DNA from: Candidatus Nanopusillus sp.
GTDB lineage: Archaea; Nanobdellota; Nanobdellia; Nanobdellales; Nanobdellaceae
Direction of reading: 5' to 3'
Assembly (NCBI GenBank): GCA_049414405.1
Contig: JBMSAQ010000017.1
Coordinates: 1 to 7,126, forward strand
DNA: 7,126 bases
Shown here: piece after piece, positions 1-4,931 of the stretch
Position numbering within the stretch: position 1 is the first letter of the stretch
Layout of the letters: the number at the start of each line of letters is the position of its first letter
The notes under the pieces: model-generated
Databases searched by the model: none
Seen by the model: the letters and a program-made list of their open reading frames with translations, nothing else
What the model was told of the DNA's origin: nothing
Made by a program: the position numbers and the translations under genes

Positions 1-517
1 TGTTTTCATCAAAAGTAAAATTGTCTGTTAATCCACTCATTAATTGTTCGTATATTTCTTGAGCAGGATTTGGAACTAAATCCCAATAAAATCCAAATAA
101 AGTTATTAATGCACCATCAAATTTTGTAGAATTAGAAAGAACAATCAATACTATTTCTTTTGGTGGAGATATATTAGGGTCTAAAACAAATTTATCATAT
201 AAAATTCCTTTTTCAACCGTTAATATAGTTCCATTTATATACACCACATCATATTCGCCTCTACCATTATAAATTGCATAAAATGTCTCATTATCTACTA
301 CAAACCATAGTCCCCCCCAATATTTTTCTGCAAAAGAAATTATTGCATTAACTGTACTATTAAATAAGTCTCCTTTCCATATAACATAAATATTACTTTT
401 GGTATAATTTACATAATACTTTATATAGTGTGCAAAAGATAAACCAACACTTACAACAGTAATGATTATTATTAATACAATTAAAAAAACAATACCTCTC
501 ATTTTACCCCTAATCAT
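1..517 (-). CDS. Surface/secreted protein with N-terminal anchor or class III-like signal peptide, paralog A (3' end lies beyond window start)
   Basis: Not in the ORF track because it has no stop in the window. My minus-strand translation from ATG at 517..515 is open to position 2: MIRGKMRGIVFLIVLIIIITVVSVGLSFAHYIKYYVNYTKSNIYVIWKGDLFNSTVNAIISFAEKYWGGLWFVVDNETFYAIYNGRGEYDVVYINGTILTVEKGILYDKFVLDPNISPPKEIVLIVLSNSTKFDGALITLFGFYWDLVPNPAQEIYEQLMSGLTDNFTFDEN... It clearly aligns with the 614..1282 product (GGxWxVVxNxT, YDxxxxNGT, YWxxVPNPAQExYEQ). It has a basic N-terminus followed by a ~20-residue hydrophobic helix and six N-x-S/T sequons. Confidence 0.78.
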   Translation of the reverse strand, partial: MIRGKMRGIVFLIVLIIIITVVSVGLSFAHYIKYYVNYTKSNIYVIWKGDLFNSTVNAIISFAEKYWGGLWFVVDNETFYAIYNGRGEYDVVYINGTILTVEKGILYDKFVLDPNISPPKEIVLIVLSNSTKFDGALITLFGFYWDLVPNPAQEIYEQLMSGLTDNFTFDEN

Positions 518-539
518 TGTAGGTTCTATGTTAATGAGA

Positions 540-547
540 ATTTATAA
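540..547 (-). promoter_or_regulatory. TATA box (TTTATAAA) for paralog A; predicts a leaderless mRNA
   Basis: TTTATAAA is centred 26.5 nt upstream of the A of ATG at 517. It sits inside a 14-nt block (gaatttataaattt, 537-550) that is identical upstream of paralog B (1303-1316), next to a shared aattttttcata block. Confidence 0.55.
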
Positions 548-603
548 ATTTTTAATTTTTTCATAGCTTTAAGAAAAAGAAAATTGATAAAATAACTTAA
601 AAT

Positions 604-609
604 AAAAAA
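604..609 (-). terminator. Oligo-T tract (minus strand) just downstream of the paralog B stop
   Basis: A6 on the + strand is T6 on the minus strand, 5-10 nt after the TAA at 616..614. More T-runs follow on the minus strand. Archaeal RNAP terminates at oligo-T. Confidence 0.35.
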
Positions 610-613
610 TTCA

Positions 614-1282
614 TTAACTTGCCAATGACTTTAATAGACCTTCTACTTTAGAAGCAAATGCTTGTAGTTGATCTGAAGAAGCACTGATACCTTCGGTTAC
701 GATCATTATAAATACGTTTTGTCCTACTTCAATATACATTCCATAACCGAAAATTTTTGAATAACCCCAAATATTATTACCTCTCATACCTGTTGATGCT
801 CCATAAGAGCCAGATGTTAATTCTCTACGTGCTTGTTCATATTTCTCTTGAGCCGGATTTGGAACAGAATTCCAGTAATATCCAGCTAGTCCAATTTTTC
901 CTTCATTATTATTAGAAAGAGCTACAAATATTCCTACTTTTGGGGAAACATTACTCTGAGTATCTGTAAAGAAGGTTTTCCAAAAAAAGTACTCATCATC
1001 ATTTTCCCCAATTGTTATTGTAGTTCCATTCATAACTATTATATCATATCTCCCCCCACCTTTATGAATCATATATCCTGTTGAATTTTCAACAACATAC
1101 CATGATCCTCCATAAAAGTTTTTTGCAAGAGAAACCATTTCATTGACTGTATTTTTAAATTTGTTAGCACCACCCATACTCTGACTCAAATAATATACTA
1201 CAAATATGCCAATACTTACAACAGCAACAATTATTATCAACATAATTGAAAAACCAATACTTCTTATTTTACTTCTAATCAT
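614..1282 (-). CDS. Surface/secreted protein with N-terminal anchor or class III-like signal peptide, paralog B
   Basis: 222-aa ORF from the track. The N-terminus MIRSKIRS/IGFSIMLIIIVAVVSIGIFVVYY is a short basic leader followed by a hydrophobic helix. The rest aligns with paralog A. Three N-glycosylation sequons sit at aligned positions in both copies (NST/NET, NGT/NGT, NVS/NIS). No enzyme motif recognised. Confidence 0.82.
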   Translation of the reverse strand: MIRSKIRSIGFSIMLIIIVAVVSIGIFVVYYLSQSMGGANKFKNTVNEMVSLAKNFYGGSWYVVENSTGYMIHKGGGRYDIIVMNGTTITIGENDDEYFFWKTFFTDTQSNVSPKVGIFVALSNNNEGKIGLAGYYWNSVPNPAQEKYEQARRELTSGSYGASTGMRGNNIWGYSKIFGYGMYIEVGQNVFIMIVTEGISASSDQLQAFASKVEGLLKSLAS

Positions 1283-1305
1283 TATGTATCTTATGTCAAT
1301 AGGAA

Positions 1306-1313
1306 TTTATAAA
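1306..1313 (-). promoter_or_regulatory. TATA box (TTTATAAA) for paralog B; predicts a leaderless mRNA
   Basis: Centred 27.5 nt upstream of the ATG at 1282. The flanking 14-nt and 12-nt blocks are identical to those upstream of paralog A. Confidence 0.55.
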
Positions 1314-1380
1314 TTTAATTTTTTCATAATCAATTTTTAATTTTATTTTGAACATAAAAGCAATAAAACAAATTAAAAAC

Positions 1381-1388
1381 ATTTAAAG
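1381..1388 (+). promoter_or_regulatory. TATA-like box (ATTTAAAG) upstream of the yjbQ-like gene
   Basis: Centred 25.5 nt upstream of the ATG at 1410, the same spacing seen at other genes in the window. Confidence 0.4.
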
Positions 1389-1409
1389 TACTAAAAAAAT
1401 AAAAACTAT

Positions 1410-1824
1410 ATGGATATCTATCAAAAAGAAATTAAAATAAAAACAAAAAGTCCATATGATTTTATAGATATAACTGATATGGTTAATGAGGTATTAAAGG
1501 AATCGGGAATAAAAAATGGTATATTATCATTATTTTCATTACATAATACTGCATGTATAATAATACAAGAAAGTGATGAAACAATATTTAAAGATATTGA
1601 AGAATTTTTTAATAGAATATTACCACTACACATAAAATATTATCATAATTATGAGGGAAATATTAATGCAACCGCACATATAAAAACAAATTTATTATCA
1701 AAATCTTTATGTATATCAATAAAAGATGGAAAACTTTTGTTAGGAACATAGCAAAGGATAATATTTTTAGAATTATTTTGAACCAACAGAAAGAAGAATA
1801 TTCGTAACAATAATTGGGGAATAA
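1410..1824 (+). pseudogene. yjbQ: YjbQ/UPF0047 family (secondary thiamine-phosphate synthase-like) gene, disrupted by a nonsense codon and a +1 frameshift
   Basis: The ORF 1410..1751 carries family hallmarks: HNTACIIIQESDE, NATAHIKTNLLSKSL, DGKLLLGT. It stops at TAG 1749-1751, exactly where the family motif LGTWQ has Trp (TGG). Reading on gives QRIIFLELF, then TGA at 1779-1781. Removing one T from the T4 run at 1776-1779 restores ELFEPTERRIFVTIIGE-TAA (stop 1822-1824), the expected family C-terminus. Repaired length is 137 aa. Confidence 0.8.
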
Positions 1825-1826
1825 AA

Positions 1827-2288
1827 TTAAATAATATATAGATTCTTCTTATTTTTACTTTCTTTATAATTGTTGAAAAATAAACTATAACTAAATTTAC
1901 TGTCTAAGAATTTATTAATAGCTTTTAATATTTGTTTTCTTTTAATATTAGTTAATATCCTATTATTAATAAAATAAAATTCTTTAAAATACTCTCTTCC
2001 TAAATTATAATAAAATTCATAAAACCCATCTTCGTCAATATTATCTACAAATTCTTCAACTTTATTCAAACTCCCAAAAATTTTAATCAATATTTTTTCA
2101 TAATGTAAATATCTCAATATGTCCTTTACTTTTATCCTTTTACATTTGTATATATCAAGATTATTACATTCTTCTACAAACCCTTTTGCAAAATAGTATA
2201 CTGCTATTACAAATGGTAAGTCTGTATACAGAAAGTAATTTATATAATCTAATTTCTTTTTATTATCCCTTCCGATATACTTTATCAA
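1827..2288 (-). CDS. Hypothetical protein, no family recognised; start uncertain (TTG at 2288, or a frameshifted gene starting at ATG 2364)
   Basis: 153-codon ORF from the track. Its first codon is actually TTG (2288..2286). It is Lys/Tyr/Phe/Asn-rich with no motif I can assign. A 33-codon ORF (MKKFNSLDKILTDNIVSKRLFLKDIFDKVYRKG*, ATG 2364..2362) overlaps its 5' end in another frame. Confidence 0.55.
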   Translation of the reverse strand: MIKYIGRDNKKKLDYINYFLYTDLPFVIAVYYFAKGFVEECNNLDIYKCKRIKVKDILRYLHYEKILIKIFGSLNKVEEFVDNIDEDGFYEFYYNLGREYFKEFYFINNRILTNIKRKQILKAINKFLDSKFSYSLFFNNYKESKNKKNLYII

Positions 2289-2374
2289 ATATATCCTTTA
2301 GAAATAACCTTTTACTAACAATGTTATCTGTTAATATCTTATCCAAGCTATTGAATTTTTTCATAAATTATAAT

Positions 2375-2382
2375 TTTATATA
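2375..2382 (+). promoter_or_regulatory. TATA box (TTTATATA) upstream of alaX
   Basis: Consensus archaeal TATA octamer about 39 nt upstream of ATG 2418. This implies a short (~13 nt) leader, unlike the leaderless layout elsewhere, so it is less certain. Confidence 0.35.
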
Positions 2383-2417
2383 GAAAGGTAAATAAAGATA
2401 TCCTTATATTATTTTCT

Positions 2418-3122
2418 ATGACTGAAAAACTTTTTTGGCAAGATCAATATTTAAAAGAATTTGAAGGAAGAGTTATTGAAATTAGAGGAAAAGAAGTTAT
2501 TTTAGATAGAACTGCCTTTTATGCAAGAAGCGGAGGTCAACCAAGAGATACTGGGGAAATAAATGGAATAAAAGTGATAGATATATATTATGATGATAAG
2601 GGAAATATTGTACATTTATTAGAAAAAGAGCCAAATTTTAAAGTTGGTGATATTGTAAAAGGAAAAATAAACTGGGAAAGAAGATATAAATTAATGAGGT
2701 TACATACAGCCTTACATATATTATCTGCAGTATTGAATAACATGTTTGGTAATATAAAAATTACTGGAAATCAGATATATGAAGATAAAGCAAGAATAGA
2801 TTTTGATTTAGATAAGTTAGATGACGAATTAGTAAAGAAAATTGAAGAAAAGGCAAATGAAATTGTTGATAAAGATTTGCCTGTATACGCAAAATTTATA
2901 AATAAAGAAGAACTTGAAAAAATGCCCCAATTAAAAAGATTAATGGATGAAAAAAGATATGAAAAATATGGTGTTTTAAGAATAATTAGTATTGGAGATA
3001 TTGATGTACAATTGGATGGAGGAACGCATGTAAAATCTACAAAAGAAGTTGGAAAAATAAAAATTATTGGAAAAGAAAATAAAGGTAAAAATAATAAAAG
3101 GCTGATTATTACAATTGAGTAG
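2418..3122 (+). CDS. alaX: AlaX-type alanyl-tRNA trans-editing protein (AlaX-M-like; Ala/Thr-tRNA synthetase second additional domain)
   Basis: 234 aa. It has an N-terminal AlaRS-like barrel segment (LDRTAFYARSGGQPRDTGEI), the HxxxH motif (LHTALH, H96/H100), and the downstream GGTHVKSTKEVG motif typical of AlaRS/AlaX editing domains. The usual Cys before GGTH is Asp here (D200, GAT 3015-3017). Confidence 0.85.
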   Translation: MTEKLFWQDQYLKEFEGRVIEIRGKEVILDRTAFYARSGGQPRDTGEINGIKVIDIYYDDKGNIVHLLEKEPNFKVGDIVKGKINWERRYKLMRLHTALHILSAVLNNMFGNIKITGNQIYEDKARIDFDLDKLDDELVKKIEEKANEIVDKDLPVYAKFINKEELEKMPQLKRLMDEKRYEKYGVLRIISIGDIDVQLDGGTHVKSTKEVGKIKIIGKENKGKNNKRLIITIE

Positions 3123-3130
3123 CCTTAATA

Positions 3131-4175
3131 TCATACTACTATCATAAGACCAATTATTCCATTTTCTAGTCTATATTTTTTATTAGATTCTTCATTTAAT
3201 CTTTTTAAATAATCTTCTTCATATAGTGCAAATCTTATAAAGTCGTAATTTTTATATCTTAGTTGCATTATATTATATAATCTACCTAGATTAATAGCTT
3301 GTTTTAATATACTTCCAGATCTCTTTTCTTCAACATATATTCCCTAAATTTATAGTATATTCTCCTCCTCTTGTTATAATTATCATCTTATACTTCCCAA
3401 CTTCCTTTTTTTTCAATTTCTCAAATGACTTCTTTAATGGTTCACGTCACCAGTAGTTTGCAAATAATATATTGTAAGAAGTTTACCCAATAAACTAGAT
3501 ATTGCTTCTTTCAATTTTTCATCTTCTGGTATGGGACTTATAATTCCATCTAAACCATCCATTGGCAATTATTATTGATGATAACAATTAAAAGTTTTTT
3601 ATTAATCAGAAATTGTTGAAAAATTAATATATTTGTTGTTTTAATTCATAAAATTCCCATCTTATTTCTTTTCTAAAATTATTTATTAACTCTGTTGATT
3701 TCATTTTTCTTCTTTAGGCATATATTTTTTTCTTAATACACCCATAAATAATGCATATAACCTAGAATTAATTATTTTTGGAAATAAACTATATTTTATA
3801 TCTTCCTTTAATTCTTCTAATATCTCTTTAACTTCCTCTGATCTATTCAACCCCTTATTTCCTATATCTTTAACTGATCTTTATCAATTACCAAAATTTT
3901 TCCATCACTAAATGTTATCCTTCCTCTAAATATTCTATCATAAAATTGTCAGGATTCTAAAACATCCGGTTCCAATACTCTTAATCTATTAAATACAAAT
4001 CTTCTAATCTAATCAGTAGATAATTTTCCAAATTTTTCTGTTTTTATACAATCTTTAATTCTTTTACAATTTACTTTGCAACTTCTTCAGATGCATTCGC
4101 ATTAATTAATGAATTATATACATTATCCTCTAAAAATTCTTCCTCCTTACCAGATCTTTTTATTATTTTTACCAT
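3131..4175 (-). pseudogene. Decayed gene remnant beginning with an ATP-cone domain; distal part unassignable
   Basis: There is no ORF in the track across ~1.05 kb, but the minus strand is purine-rich like the coding strands elsewhere. From ATG 4175..4173: MVKIIKRSGKEEEFLEDNVYNSLINANASEEVAK-TAA(4073..4071). After a frame change: KVNCKRIKDCIKTEKFGKLSTD-TAG(4011..4009)-IRRFVFNRLRVLEPDVLES-TGA(3951..3949)-QFYDRIFRGRITFSDGKILVIDKDQLKI-TAG(3864..3862). This matches the ATP-cone pattern (vIKRdGxxExF...A...eevaxxv...istxeIxxxVxxxL). Further open fragments in shifting frames are SVKDIGNKGLNRSEEVKEILEELKEDIK...KEEK-TGA(3703..3701), a fragment ending at TAA 3626..3624, and a terminal 70-codon stretch ending at TGA 3133..3131. 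Confidence 0.6.
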
Positions 4176-4214
4176 AAATTTTTATTCAAATGTTGATATT
4201 AATAAAATAATATC

Positions 4215-4247
4215 GTATACAAAAATTTATATACATATTTTGAATAC
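4215..4247. promoter_or_regulatory. Imperfect inverted repeat bracketing the vapB TATA box (candidate antitoxin operator)
   Basis: GTATACAAAA (4215-4224) and TTTTGAATAC (4238-4247) are complementary at 9 of 10 positions. The 13-nt spacer contains TTTATATA (4226-4233). Confidence 0.35.
4226..4233 (+). promoter_or_regulatory. TATA box (TTTATATA) for the vapBC operon; predicts a leaderless mRNA
   Basis: Consensus octamer centred 26.5 nt upstream of ATG 4256. Confidence 0.55.
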
Positions 4248-4255
4248 AGTATATT

Positions 4256-4486
4256 ATGAGTAAAACGGATGTTATAAGTATAAGAATAGATAAAAATTTA
4301 AAGGAAAAAGCAAAAGAATTAGGAATAAATATAAAAGATGTCGTAGAAAAAGCTTTGAAAGAAGAAATAGAAAAAAGAAAAAGAGAAAAAATAAAAAAAT
4401 TAGCCGAAAAATTAAGCGAATTAATGAAAAATGTTACTCCAGAAGAATTCACAAGATTAATTAAAGAAACAAGATATGAAAGATAA
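4256..4486 (+). CDS. vapB: Type II antitoxin, ribbon-helix-helix (VapB-like)
   Basis: 76 aa. The N-terminus ISIRIDKNLKEKAKELGINIKDVVEKALKEEI looks like an RHH beta-strand plus two helices, followed by a charged C-terminal tail. It overlaps the downstream PIN gene by 11 nt (4476-4486), a typical toxin-antitoxin coupling. Confidence 0.72.
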   Translation: MSKTDVISIRIDKNLKEKAKELGINIKDVVEKALKEEIEKRKREKIKKLAEKLSELMKNVTPEEFTRLIKETRYER

Positions 4487-4901
4487 TAATTTTTTATTTG
4501 ATGCTTCTGCACTATATAAACTTCTAACTGTTTATAGAGATTATACTGACAAACTAGATTATAATTATATTTATATATTAGATCTTACTTTTTATGAAAT
4601 TGGAAATGCTATTTGGAAAGATTATTATATATTTAAGAGAATTAACAATCTTATAGAAACTTCTGAAGTTATTTATGGAATACTAAAAGAACTCAATGTA
4701 ATTGAAAATTTATCTTCATCATTTATTGAAATAATAAAAATTGCGATAGAAAAAAATTTAACATATTATGATGCTTCATATGTTTATGCTTCAAAAAATT
4801 TTGGACTTATTTTAGTATCTGAAGATAAAGATTTAATAGAAAAAGGTAATGCAATTTCAGTAAAAGAATTTATAGAAAAATATTTAAAAAATAATAATTA
4901 A
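4476..4901 (+). CDS. vapC: PIN-domain ribonuclease toxin (VapC)
   Basis: 141 aa with the PIN acidic residues in the expected order: FLFDASAL (Asp near the N-terminus), LTFYEIGNAIW (Glu), YYDASYVYAS (Asp), LVSEDKDL (Asp). It sits immediately downstream of, and overlaps, the small RHH gene. Confidence 0.85.
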   Translation: MKDNNFLFDASALYKLLTVYRDYTDKLDYNYIYILDLTFYEIGNAIWKDYYIFKRINNLIETSEVIYGILKELNVIENLSSSFIEIIKIAIEKNLTYYDASYVYASKNFGLILVSEDKDLIEKGNAISVKEFIEKYLKNNN

Positions 4902-4909
4902 ATTTAAAA
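4902..4909 (+). promoter_or_regulatory. TATA-like box (ATTTAAAA) for fen; predicts a leaderless mRNA
   Basis: Centred 26.5 nt upstream of ATG 4932. It directly abuts the vapC stop codon (4899-4901). Confidence 0.4.
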
Positions 4910-4931
4910 CATTATAAAATAAGTTATTTAA

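Noticed and set aside
1421-1633. 70-aa minus-strand ORF
   Set aside because: It lies entirely antisense within the yjbQ-like coding region. It is a low-complexity Ile/Ser/Asn-rich translation typical of spurious ORFs in AT-rich DNA, with no TATA box at the expected spacing.
1749-1751. Stop-codon reassignment or programmed recoding (TAG or TGA read as Trp), suggested by TAG at the conserved Trp of the yjbQ-like gene and by TAG/TGA inside the ATP-cone sequence
   Set aside because: All three stops terminate well-conserved genes at their expected ends: alaX ends at TAG, the phosphorylase at TGA-TGA, and fen/vapB/vapC at TAA. The affected genes also carry true frameshifts. Ordinary pseudogenisation explains the data better.
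2186-2383. 65-aa plus-strand ORF
   Set aside because: It is antisense to the 5' part of the hypothetical gene and runs into the alaX promoter. The sequence is low-complexity Leu/Asn/Ser-rich, with no supporting signal.
3576-3581. Additional C/D box sRNA candidates at other TGATGA hexamers: + strand 3576-3581, 1573-1579 (GTGATGA inside yjbQ), about 5709 and about 5845 in fen; minus strand near 990-1000 and 6238-6246
   Set aside because: None has CUGA boxes at 10-13 nt spacing or a second C'/D' pair. Most lie inside conserved coding sequence, where the hexamer simply encodes Asp/Glu-rich peptide.
3123-4255. CRISPR array, tandem repeats, mobile element or structured RNA gene (tRNA, split tRNA half, RNase P/SRP RNA) in the ORF-free region
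   Set aside because: I found no regularly spaced direct repeats, no terminal inverted repeats or transposase remnants, and no GC-rich island of the kind structured RNAs form in AT-rich thermophile genomes. Protein-like fragments on the minus strand explain the region.
4186-4512. 108-aa minus-strand ORF
   Set aside because: It is antisense to the whole vapB gene and its promoter. It is Phe/Ser/Ile/Asn-rich mirror-image noise from a Lys/Glu-rich gene. The vapB/vapC reading with an 11-nt overlap is far more coherent.
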